From the IMG/VR virus record IMGVR_UViG_3300025009_000208: a DNA stretch of 42,013 bases, one strand, 5' to 3'. The position numbers were made by a program, and so were the translations under genes. Source of the stretch: a virus. The notes under the pieces are model-generated. The model made no database searches. It saw only the letters and a program-made list of their open reading frames with translations, and had not been told where the DNA came from. This document shows, one piece after another, positions 1-8,100 of this stretch (position 1 is its first letter; each line of letters starts with the position of its first letter).

Positions 1-127
1 ATGGTTGAAATCAAACCTGGCAGATGGCATGGTTTTCAGATATTGGGAGATGAACTTGGGGTAATGCTTGAGCACTCTACACATAAATATGAGATGGATA
101 ACCCTGACGATTTTCGCAAACCTTATA
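1..127. repeat. Terminal overlap: bases 1-127 are identical to 41887-42013, giving a circular or circularly permuted genome with a 41886-bp unit
   Basis: I compared both ends base by base and found an identical 127-mer. The repeat lies inside a CDS that continues in frame across the junction. Confidence 0.95.
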
Positions 128-162
128 ATGAGTTTACTAATTGGGAGATAGAAAAAAAATGA
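1..162 (+). CDS. 3' portion of the RmlC-like cupin sugar-nucleotide epimerase/isomerase (same gene as 41677-42013)
   Basis: Frame 1 is open from base 1 to TGA at 160-162. The first 127 nt duplicate the end of the window. The joined protein reads ...IKPGRWHGFQILGDELGVMLEHSTHKYEMDNPDDFRKPYNEFTNWEIEKK. Confidence 0.7.
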   Translation: MVEIKPGRWHGFQILGDELGVMLEHSTHKYEMDNPDDFRKPYNEFTNWEIEKK

Positions 163-181
163 GAAAGAAGGTGATTAGAAA

Positions 182-1069
182 ATGAAAGCAATTGTTATCG
201 GAGGAAGTGGTTTTATTGGTGGTCATCTCGCTGAATTATTACTAGCCAAAGGTTATGAAACTACTATAGCAGATGTAAAGCAACCTGAAGGGTTTGAATG
301 GAAAGGAAACTTTATAAAAACTGATGTGGGTAAAATTGAGGATATTGATTTGGTTGTTAATGAATTTAAGCCGGATGTAATTTTTGATTGTTCCGGAGTG
401 CTTGGAACTGCTGAAACTTTCGGCAGGATACATGATGCTATTGATGTCAATATTAAGGGAGTTATTAACGCCCTGGATGTGGCTAAAAAGTATAATGTTC
501 CATTTATTTATTGCAGCCTGACAAACAAATGGCTAAATCCCTACACGATCACGAAAAGGGCAGCGACTAAATTCTGCCTTATGTATGCCAAAGAATATGG
601 CATGAAGGTGGCTGTAGTCAGAGGATTAAATGCGTATGGAGCAAGACAACATTGGAAGAAGATAAGAAAAATTGCTCCTACTTTTATTACTAGAGCTTTG
701 GATAATGTAGATATTGTTTTGAACGGAACTGGAAATCAAGTTGTTGATATGGTTCATGCTAAAGACTTGTCAGAGATCATGATTAGAGCTTTTGAGAAAG
801 ATAATTGTTGGGGTAAAGCAATTGATGGAGGAACAGGGATTCCTGTTACAGTTAAAGAGGTTGCTGAATTGGTAATCAAATTAACCGGAAGTCAATCAAA
901 ACTTGTAAATCAACCTATGCGAATGGGTGAACCTGAAAATTCTGTTACATTAGCAGATCCAGCTCCAGTCTGCCAATTACTAGGTTTTAGACCTCAGATT
1001 GGTTTGGAAGAAGGAATGAAAGAAGCAATAGAATGGTATCGGGAAAATTACAAGACTTTTGATCCATGA
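182..1069 (+). CDS. NAD-dependent sugar epimerase/dehydratase/reductase (extended SDR)
   Basis: ATG at 182 with GAAGGTGA upstream. N-terminal Rossmann motif GGSGFIGGHL and a YxxxK catalytic motif (YTITK). The 295-aa length is typical of extended SDRs. Confidence 0.85.
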   Translation: MKAIVIGGSGFIGGHLAELLLAKGYETTIADVKQPEGFEWKGNFIKTDVGKIEDIDLVVNEFKPDVIFDCSGVLGTAETFGRIHDAIDVNIKGVINALDVAKKYNVPFIYCSLTNKWLNPYTITKRAATKFCLMYAKEYGMKVAVVRGLNAYGARQHWKKIRKIAPTFITRALDNVDIVLNGTGNQVVDMVHAKDLSEIMIRAFEKDNCWGKAIDGGTGIPVTVKEVAELVIKLTGSQSKLVNQPMRMGEPENSVTLADPAPVCQLLGFRPQIGLEEGMKEAIEWYRENYKTFDP

Positions 1070-1923
1070 AAACCATATTAGTTACGCTATACCACAGGCG
1101 AAGCTTGATGTATGAGGAAAGCATTTCAAAGTTTTTGGATGCCGGGTATCCTCTTTATTTGTATGAAACTGTGGACAATAACAGCTTCGGAACTTTTGGG
1201 ATTGTGCATGAAAATGTAATCCACCTGGAAGCACAGCCAGGAAGCTTTGATAATGGAATGGTTGATCTTAAAGAACAGTTAAGTAAATACGATTGGGATA
1301 CTGTGGTGTTTCTGGATAGCGATATTTTCTTTGAGGATATTACTTATGCAGAGGAGCTTATAAAACAGTTTAACGAAAGTGATTATGGTTTCTGCTCTTA
1401 CTTTGAGAATGGCTTTGACTATACTCCAGAATATGAATTTGAAGGCTTAATCGCTAGAGTTAAAAACCAAAGATTTGAATCGGTAGATCAACCTCCTTAC
1501 ACTTTCAAACCAATTCCCCATTACGAAAACGCTTTCATGCTTATTAAAAGAAAAACCTGGGACAGGTTGAAAAAAGATGATTTTATAAATACTCGGGAGA
1601 TTGTAAGAGCAATTTTTGGGACAGGTGTTAAGGTTGGGGTTCACAGAAGGGTGTCTAGGCTAACTTATTCCCACAAAGGTGAGGGGTGGTTTCATATTGG
1701 AAACCTTACCCAATATTATAATATTCTTGATAAGGGTGATCTTCATTTACTAAATTTTAGTTCTGAGATAGACAAGGCTCGTATTGGATATTTTACCTAT
1801 CAAAGAAACCGCTATGAGAGAGAGATTTATTCTGAATTTGTAAATCTATATTTAGACCAGGCAATCAAATTATTTGGCGGGGAGGCTTCTGTTTTAGATG
1901 CCTGGAATAAACTATCTCAATAA
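1066..1923 (+). CDS. Hypothetical protein, possible GT-A-type glycosyltransferase
   Basis: ATGA overlap with the SDR gene. DxD-like motif in VVFLDSDIFFED. Located inside the sugar island. Confidence 0.4.
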   Translation: MKTILVTLYHRRSLMYEESISKFLDAGYPLYLYETVDNNSFGTFGIVHENVIHLEAQPGSFDNGMVDLKEQLSKYDWDTVVFLDSDIFFEDITYAEELIKQFNESDYGFCSYFENGFDYTPEYEFEGLIARVKNQRFESVDQPPYTFKPIPHYENAFMLIKRKTWDRLKKDDFINTREIVRAIFGTGVKVGVHRRVSRLTYSHKGEGWFHIGNLTQYYNILDKGDLHLLNFSSEIDKARIGYFTYQRNRYEREIYSEFVNLYLDQAIKLFGGEASVLDAWNKLSQ

Positions 1924-1961
1924 GTCTTGACTTTTAACTATCACCATGATTAAATCATATA

Positions 1962-2327
1962 ATGATAAGCGAAGCGGATAAAAGATGGAAAAAAAGTCCA
2001 AAAGGAATTGCGAGTAGAAAGAAATATGATAGGTCGGAAGTTGGCAGGGCTAAATATAAAAGATACCGAAATACAAAGGAATATAAAGAAAAAGCGAGGG
2101 AGAGATACCATTTAACTGATGAAAATATCAGAAAAGCTCATTATACTGTAAGTAATGCGGTTAGAGATGGAAGGCTTTTTAGACCAGATTATTGTGAAAA
2201 ATGTGGAATTAAAGATTGGGGAATTAAAAGAAGTATGATTGAAGCACATCATCATTTAGGTTATTTGCCAGAAAACTGGCTTAGAGTGCAATGGTTGTGC
2301 ACCAATTGCCACAAGGAGGTGGTGTAG
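1962..2327 (+). CDS. HNH endonuclease
   Basis: CEKCG ... EAHHHLGY ... LCTNCHKEV, which is Cys pairs plus the His-Asn-His core. Confidence 0.75.
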   Translation: MISEADKRWKKSPKGIASRKKYDRSEVGRAKYKRYRNTKEYKEKARERYHLTDENIRKAHYTVSNAVRDGRLFRPDYCEKCGIKDWGIKRSMIEAHHHLGYLPENWLRVQWLCTNCHKEVV

Positions 2328-2361
2328 TATGTGCAATATCTTCTGTGATTTGCACCATTAG

Positions 2362-2398
2362 CTAGGAGGATTATATTACTCACTACATCTTCTCCTAG
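2362..2398 (+). promoter_or_regulatory. 9-bp hairpin that contains the only AGGAGG upstream of the 2407 gene
   Basis: CTAGGAGGA (2362-2370) pairs with TTCTCCTAG (2390-2398), including one G-T wobble, around a 19-nt loop. No T tract follows. Confidence 0.4.
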
Positions 2399-2406
2399 AA
2401 AAACGA

Positions 2407-3372
2407 TTGGGACATAAACTTTTTAGACCTATTGGGACTGAATGGTTTGAGGAGGGTTTCTGGAGAATCGCAGAACCCTACGGAAATGCACCAGATACAA
2501 TTGGACAGTTCTTGGGAATAGATCAGACCGATTGGGATCAGTATAAAAATCTCAATGGCAATTATGTTTTAGAGGATGGAATCTACCATATCTATGACAC
2601 TCATTACCATTATCATCAAAAAGCAATTACTCCGGATAAGTTCAGAGAGATGCAGATTGATGTAGTTATATCTAGTTATCCAGGTCATGATGAAACCTAT
2701 GATCTCCTTTGTAAAACCTATAAACCTAATGCTAAAAGAGTTTGTCAACTTGGTAATAACGGACAAACTTCAAATGGAAAAAACCTCCTGATCTCAACCA
2801 ATTTTGTTCCGGACTATCTCTGTAACGCTGTTAATTATCACCAGGAATTTAATGAGGATACTTTCTGTTTCACCCCCTTGCGAAATTACAATAAGATAAC
2901 TTCTTTCATGAACGCACTTCAATCTCAGCCTGATTATCAGCTTTATTGGCAACTCAAAGACTTGATGCCTGACTTTGATTGGAAAAGCTACGGAGGTGGC
3001 TGTGAGGATGGAGCATTTCATGATGAGGAAGGAATAGCAGAGGAAATGAAAAACTCGTTATTTATTTGGCAAGTCAAATCTCAAGGTGATGGATATGGTC
3101 ATTTACCCCACCAAGCAGCAGCAATTGGCAGACCTTTTATTTACAAAGGTTCTTATTATAATGGACAAATGCCCGGAAGATTGGCAAATGATGATACCTG
3201 TATAAATATTGACAGTATGAGTCCAAATGAAATTGCTGATAAAATCCGATTCTTTTCAAGACCGGAAGTGGCAGATCAGATGAGTAAAGCAATTAGGAAT
3301 AAATTTGAAAGTGAGGTCAACTTTGAGGAAGATGCTAAAAAGGTCGCTGCGTTTCTTGACAACCTGATTTGA
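2407..3372 (+). CDS. Hypothetical protein of the sugar island, possibly GT-B-like
   Basis: 321-aa ORF. The first possible in-frame start after the TAG at 2359-2361 is TTG at 2407, and the first ATG is 81 codons further in. The C-terminal half (GHLPHQAAAIGRPFIY...) loosely resembles GT-B C-terminal domains. Confidence 0.35.
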   Translation: MGHKLFRPIGTEWFEEGFWRIAEPYGNAPDTIGQFLGIDQTDWDQYKNLNGNYVLEDGIYHIYDTHYHYHQKAITPDKFREMQIDVVISSYPGHDETYDLLCKTYKPNAKRVCQLGNNGQTSNGKNLLISTNFVPDYLCNAVNYHQEFNEDTFCFTPLRNYNKITSFMNALQSQPDYQLYWQLKDLMPDFDWKSYGGGCEDGAFHDEEGIAEEMKNSLFIWQVKSQGDGYGHLPHQAAAIGRPFIYKGSYYNGQMPGRLANDDTCINIDSMSPNEIADKIRFFSRPEVADQMSKAIRNKFESEVNFEEDAKKVAAFLDNLI

Positions 3373-3386
3373 GTTGGTGTTATAAT
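3356..3386 (+). promoter_or_regulatory. Sigma70-type promoter TTGACA-N19-TATAAT with TGn extended -10
   Basis: TTGACA at 3356-3361, TGT then TATAAT at 3381-3386. The ATG of the next gene is at 3398 and there is no SD between. Confidence 0.6.
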
Positions 3387-3397
3387 GAATTATTGCT

Positions 3398-3952
3398 ATG
3401 AACGCTAAACTTCATCTCACAGAGAATGTTACCTATCGGGTATTTGATAAAAGTGGTAAACCCAAAAAGATTTTCAAAGAGAATAAACTTTGGAAGTTAA
3501 TCAAGAAATTCCTTCATTTAGATCTTCAAATTCCTTACTTCACAGGCAACTTTGGTTATACCAAAACCCTTGCAAACTTAGTTACTACAGCAGGGAAAGC
3601 TGGTGTTGCCTCAAGAATCAATGGAGATGGAGCTTTGGCAGCCTTTACTTACCTAGCAGTTGGAATTGGAACTACTGCTGCTGATGCTGCTGACACCGCA
3701 CTTGAATCGGAGATTGTTGACTCCGGGCTTGAGAGAGCTGCAGCCACTTGTTCCAGGGTAACTACGGATGTAACTAATGATACCGCACAACTTCTTAAAT
3801 CTTGGTCTGTTACTGGAACAAAAGCAGTAACTGAGGCAGGAGCACTTAACGCAGCTTCAACCGGGACACTTCTTGGTAGACAGGTATTCTCCGCAATCAA
3901 TGTAGTTTCAGGAGATACCCTCCAAATCACTTATAAATTCGACGTCGATTAG
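3398..3952 (+). CDS. Virion (tail-module) protein, unknown function
   Basis: 184-aa ORF with ATG start. The segment AAFTYLAVGIGTTAADAADTALESEI resembles the N-terminal pattern of tail-collar/fibre proteins. It is the first gene after the sugar island. Confidence 0.4.
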   Translation: MNAKLHLTENVTYRVFDKSGKPKKIFKENKLWKLIKKFLHLDLQIPYFTGNFGYTKTLANLVTTAGKAGVASRINGDGALAAFTYLAVGIGTTAADAADTALESEIVDSGLERAAATCSRVTTDVTNDTAQLLKSWSVTGTKAVTEAGALNAASTGTLLGRQVFSAINVVSGDTLQITYKFDVD

Positions 3953-4001
3953 TAAGTGGAGTTTGATGTTGACTAATCCTCTAGTCTATACTTAATCTAA
4001 T

Positions 4002-5300
4002 ATGGCAGCACCTACGGGCGGAACAATAACAACAGATGGTGATTATACAGTCCACACTTTTCTTCTAGCTGATAGTGGAACTGATTTTACTGTTTACAAT
4101 TCAGGAAATGTAGCAGTTTTAGTTGTGGCTGGTGGTGGTGGTGGCGGTGGGACTTCTGCTGGAAATGCTGGTGGGGGCGGGGGCGGGGGTGTTTTGTCTG
4201 ACGCTTCTTTTGCCGTAACAGCACAAGCCTATACAGTTACTGTTGGTGCGGGTGGAAATGTCGGTGCATCAAATACAAAAGGTAGTAATGGTGGTAGTTC
4301 CGTATTTTCTACATTAACCGCAGTTGGCGGTGGAGGAGGAGGTGCATATAATACTGGCTCTAACCAATCCGCAGCAGCAGGAGGTTCAGGTGGTGGTGCT
4401 GGGCAAAATGATGATGTTAGTAGTGATGTTGGTGGTGCTGGAACTGCAGGTCAGGGTAATGATGGAGGAGATTTAAGTTCGACAAGTGCATACGGAGGAG
4501 CAGGAGGTGGAGGTGCTGGAGCTGTTGGAGCAAACACATCAGGAACAAATGGAAAAGAGGGTGGTGCAGGTGGTGCAGGAGTATCCTCAACAATTTATGA
4601 TGGCTCAACAAAATATTACGGAGCAGGAGGAGGAGGAAGCACTCATAATTCAGGAAGCGGAGTAGCAGCAGGAGGTTCAAGTATCGGGGGAAGTGGTCAT
4701 TACACCACTACAGCAGGAACAAGTGGTGCGGTAAATACAGGTAGTGGTGGAGGTGGAGCAGGAGAAACTGTTGCAGGAGGTAACGGAAGTTCAGGTGTCG
4801 TCATTATCAGATATTTAACAAGTGATTTTCCAGCAAATACTGATTGGACAACAACTCTTACAGATGTTGTAACAATAGTTGATACCATTATTAGAAATGA
4901 AACAAGAATTTTATCAGACATTGTTACAGTCGTTGATACTTTTATAAGGGGTAAAATTATTACCGAAGTCATAACTATTACTGATTCCGTAAACAAGAGT
5001 GCAGGAAAAGTTATAAGCGACATAGTAACAATCACAGAGTTCATTATCAAATCTATCCAAAAAATATTAACAGATCAAATATCAATTTCAGATACTATTG
5101 AAAAACTCTTTAACTATGCAGGAAGATTACCAGCTTATATCTATGCTAAGATAACAAAATCGGTAGGAATATTTGGAAAGAAAGATAAGCCTGGTGTCGG
5201 AGTATCGGGTTCAGTTGCTTCTCCCACAGGCTTTATTAACGACAAGGACAAACCTGGTATTGGAGTAGCTCACTCTGTTGACAAACCAGAGAGGGTTTAG
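4002..5300 (+). CDS. Glycine-rich tail fibre-like protein with C-terminal ~17-aa repeats
   Basis: N-terminal YTVHTF...VLVVAGGGGGGG followed by long GGxGG runs. Five repeats of type (S/T)D(I/V)VT(I/V)xD... are encoded at about nt 4850-5110. Confidence 0.6.
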   Translation: MAAPTGGTITTDGDYTVHTFLLADSGTDFTVYNSGNVAVLVVAGGGGGGGTSAGNAGGGGGGGVLSDASFAVTAQAYTVTVGAGGNVGASNTKGSNGGSSVFSTLTAVGGGGGGAYNTGSNQSAAAGGSGGGAGQNDDVSSDVGGAGTAGQGNDGGDLSSTSAYGGAGGGGAGAVGANTSGTNGKEGGAGGAGVSSTIYDGSTKYYGAGGGGSTHNSGSGVAAGGSSIGGSGHYTTTAGTSGAVNTGSGGGGAGETVAGGNGSSGVVIIRYLTSDFPANTDWTTTLTDVVTIVDTIIRNETRILSDIVTVVDTFIRGKIITEVITITDSVNKSAGKVISDIVTITEFIIKSIQKILTDQISISDTIEKLFNYAGRLPAYIYAKITKSVGIFGKKDKPGVGVSGSVASPTGFINDKDKPGIGVAHSVDKPERV

Positions 5301-5308
5301 TCTATAAT
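5278..5308 (+). promoter_or_regulatory. Sigma70-type promoter TTGACA-N19-TATAAT
   Basis: TTGACA at 5278-5283 (inside the end of the previous CDS), TATAAT at 5303-5308, ATG at 5318, no SD. Confidence 0.55.
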
Positions 5309-5317
5309 GAAATCAAT

Positions 5318-6187
5318 ATGGCAGTAAAACTTGATTTAAGAAATCCTGACGATTTAACCTCCACATACAATCAAATAGAAATACAGAGGGCAACTTCCAA
5401 TTCTGCAGGAGCAATGGCAGATATTTCTACCGATACCTCCATTGATACAACTTACGCCTCAGATCTTTCTACAGGATACACTTCATATACTGATGCTGAT
5501 GGAGTAGAGGGAACTCATTATTATCGTTTTAGATATAAAAATGCAGCTTCCGGTGCAGTTTCTTCCTATTCAGATATTTTTCCCGCAGGTGGATCTGTTT
5601 TTCACACTCGTTTTAGGAGAAGGATGAGGGATACAAATTCCAATAATTATTTCTTTACTGATGATGATATTGAAATCTTTGGCACAGAAGTGGTTGAAGA
5701 ATTATATCCGATTACTTGGATTGAAACTTATACCGATACTATGATTGTCCCAGATGGATCAACAAAGATATTTACTTTTTCTACCGGGGTTACTAGAGTT
5801 ACCGGAATTGAGAGGGTAGATAGTGATGGAAATAATCAAGGAGCAGTCAAAGGATGGCAGATAAGAGGAAGGTATGTGATTTTTGATGATGCTCCAAGTA
5901 GCGGAGATACTTACAGAGTTTGGGTTGAAAAGAAATTCACAAGACTTGCTGAAGTCCCTGAGCAATGGGATGGTTATATTCTTCACAAGTTTATGCTTAA
6001 AGGTTATGAAACACTTGAAGCTGATCGTGCAAGATACTATAAATATACTTCGGTTGTAAAACCGGATGGAGGAAACCTTCCTTCTCTTGATAGAATAATC
6101 ACCCGCTTGGAGGTGCAAATACAAAGACAAGAACGATTATTAAGGAGAGTTCGTAAGCCTACAGATATAAATCTGACAGGCGTTTAA
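5318..6187 (+). CDS. Virion structural protein, unknown function
   Basis: 289-aa ORF in the tail module. The N-terminal part (YNQIEIQRA...YYRFRYKN...SSYS) looks like a small beta-sandwich module. Confidence 0.4.
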   Translation: MAVKLDLRNPDDLTSTYNQIEIQRATSNSAGAMADISTDTSIDTTYASDLSTGYTSYTDADGVEGTHYYRFRYKNAASGAVSSYSDIFPAGGSVFHTRFRRRMRDTNSNNYFFTDDDIEIFGTEVVEELYPITWIETYTDTMIVPDGSTKIFTFSTGVTRVTGIERVDSDGNNQGAVKGWQIRGRYVIFDDAPSSGDTYRVWVEKKFTRLAEVPEQWDGYILHKFMLKGYETLEADRARYYKYTSVVKPDGGNLPSLDRIITRLEVQIQRQERLLRRVRKPTDINLTGV

Positions 6188-6207
6188 GGAAGGGAGGTGA
6201 ATAAAAT

Positions 6208-7089
6208 ATGATTAGATCAATCGGTTCGTCATTACTAGCAAAAGCAGGAACAGGTAGTCTTACCCGTAAAAAGGATGAGATGAGAATAACGAAACCTGAA
6301 GTTCCGGGCAAAGGAGCTGTGGGAACAGCAGAACGCAATTTGGTTCAAGAAACCAATATTACTCCAACAGCACCAGGATCAGAGAAAGTCATCAGGTCAG
6401 CACCTGGAATAGAGTCGGCTTCTTTGCCTGGGGTTGCAGGGGTTGCACCATCAAATGTGCCATTAGTAGCAGGAATTGGATCTCCGGGTGGAGCACCAGC
6501 AGGAGGAGCACAGGGAAATCAACCCATGTTCCAAACCAATAACGCAGGTGGAGCACCGGCATCAGCACCTGGGCAAGCAGGGCGACAAGCCACAGTAGGA
6601 GCTTCAACAGGAGCACCTATGGGTGCGGTTGCAACAACTAAAGCTGCAAGAGCAGCAGAGGCAGCCAAAGCAGCAGAAGCTGCTAGGTCTGCTGAAATGA
6701 TGCCAATGGGTTATCAAGCTCCTAGGGCACAAGATGTTGTGGGAAGTTTCTGGCCTGGTATTGCCAATTTCGGTAGTAGAGTTTCTGCAGAAGGCGAAGG
6801 TGGTAAGAATATAGAAAAAAATTTTGGTCAAGCGTTTTGGGGAACAGTTGGTAACGTTGGATCAAAACTTGGGATTATATCTCCGGCAGCTAATGCCAAG
6901 ATGCAATCCTATGCAACAAATCCGGCAGTTACCAAGAGTGGAGTAGGTTCAATTTCCCAACCGGGAAAGAATTTACAAGCTATTGTTAATTCCCCTGTGG
7001 CTCAAAATATTGGTAGTGCGTTGAGAAGTGTAACCCAAGCAGCCAAAAATACAGTTAGCAAGTTAAGAAGCAAAATTTTTGGTAGATAA
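6208..7089 (+). CDS. Ala/Gly/Pro/Ser-rich low-complexity protein (probable virion or ejection protein)
   Basis: Strong SD (GGGAGGTGA) 8 nt upstream of ATG at 6208. The 293-aa product is largely low-complexity (APGSEK..., AKAARAAEAAKAAEAARSAE). Confidence 0.5.
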   Translation: MIRSIGSSLLAKAGTGSLTRKKDEMRITKPEVPGKGAVGTAERNLVQETNITPTAPGSEKVIRSAPGIESASLPGVAGVAPSNVPLVAGIGSPGGAPAGGAQGNQPMFQTNNAGGAPASAPGQAGRQATVGASTGAPMGAVATTKAARAAEAAKAAEAARSAEMMPMGYQAPRAQDVVGSFWPGIANFGSRVSAEGEGGKNIEKNFGQAFWGTVGNVGSKLGIISPAANAKMQSYATNPAVTKSGVGSISQPGKNLQAIVNSPVAQNIGSALRSVTQAAKNTVSKLRSKIFGR

Positions 7090-7091
7090 AA

Positions 7092-7541
7092 ATGGGTTAC
7101 TTACAATTCAAAACCACTCCAAAGGCGGTAACTGAAGGATCAGATATAGGCTCTGGTCAAGTAGAGCTTAGACATCTTCATCCCGCTTTTTTTCTTGAAA
7201 TGCAGTTGATTAAATTGCATACGCATGAGGGTTCTGATTCAAGGAAACTTGATGCAGAAGCTACCCCATATGTTATTCGTGGATTCCAAGCCAATGAAAG
7301 GGTTGAGCATGGGACAGCTACTTGGACAGGAACTGCAGCAGCAGCCGGAAGTGTAGCTCTATCTTTTGGCACAGTTTTTAATTCTGCTCCCACAGTCTTT
7401 GTTACTGTAGCTGATGGAAGTTCTAACTTCTCTATCGGAATTTCTACCTCTGCAGTAACAGGCATAACCATATACTGGGAGGATTTAACTTCAGCTACGC
7501 ATACTAGTCTTGATATTCATTGGATAGCAATCGGGCGTTAA
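7092..7541 (+). CDS. Small tail-module protein, possible H-type-lectin-like domain
   Basis: VALSFGTVFNSAPTVFVTVADGSSNFSIGISTSAVTGITIYWED matches the F..F...P.V...//..GF.. pattern of H-type lectin domains found in phage fibres. Confidence 0.35.
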   Translation: MGYLQFKTTPKAVTEGSDIGSGQVELRHLHPAFFLEMQLIKLHTHEGSDSRKLDAEATPYVIRGFQANERVEHGTATWTGTAAAAGSVALSFGTVFNSAPTVFVTVADGSSNFSIGISTSAVTGITIYWEDLTSATHTSLDIHWIAIGR

Positions 7542-7545
7542 AAAT

Positions 7546-8100
7546 ATGGAAACTAAAAAAGTCATAGGCAAACCATTTAATAAAGGAAATACCCCTTGGA
7601 ATAAAGGTTTGAAAGATTACAATCTTGGACACCCTAACTATCTAAAAGTTCAAACCAAAAAGACGAGATTGAAAATACGCAAAAAACTTCTAGGTATTAA
7701 AAGAAGTCCTGAAACTATTGAGAAAGTTAGACAAGCAAATCTAGGTTCGAAAAGCCACCTCTGGGGTAAGGTGGGATTCTGGAAAGGGAAGCACCGACCT
7801 AATATGATGGGGGAGAAACACTTTAATTGGAAAGGTGGAAAAGGCAAAGAGCTACACAGGGTAAGAACTTCTCTTGAATATAAACTTTGGAGAGAGTCAG
7901 TCTTTGAAAGAGATAACTATATCTGTCAGATGTGTGGAAAGAGAGGTGGGGACTTGGAAGCACATCACATATTTCCTTTTTCGGACTTTCCTGAATTGCG
8001 TTTCGCTATCAATAACGGAATTGCTTTATGCCTCAGTTGTCATGCTAAAATGGATAAACATAGGAGATTGAAAGGACAAAAAATAAATGGCAGCAATTAA
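7546..8100 (+). CDS. HNH endonuclease with N-terminal NUMOD-like repeats
   Basis: GNTPWNKGLK-type repeats, then CQMCGKRGGDLEAHHIFPF...NGIALCLSCHAKMD. Confidence 0.8.
   Translation: METKKVIGKPFNKGNTPWNKGLKDYNLGHPNYLKVQTKKTRLKIRKKLLGIKRSPETIEKVRQANLGSKSHLWGKVGFWKGKHRPNMMGEKHFNWKGGKGKELHRVRTSLEYKLWRESVFERDNYICQMCGKRGGDLEAHHIFPFSDFPELRFAINNGIALCLSCHAKMDKHRRLKGQKINGSN

Noticed and set aside
1-127. Physical direct terminal repeat (T7-like DTR) or LTR
   Set aside because: The repeat interrupts a CDS that reads through the junction in frame. This fits an assembly overlap of a circular or permuted genome. Read data are needed to be certain.
4417-5050. Antisense ORFs inside the glycine-rich genes (4417-4680, 4700-5050, also 8992-9243, 3649-3930, 6392-6831)
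   Set aside because: They are low-complexity translations (poly-Leu/His/Pro) of the complement of GGN-rich coding sequence. They have no start context and are fully nested in better ORFs.
4850-5110. Diversity-generating retroelement target (variable repeats in a fibre gene)
   Set aside because: No reverse transcriptase and no template repeat exist elsewhere in the genome. The repeats are in-frame, diverged peptide repeats.
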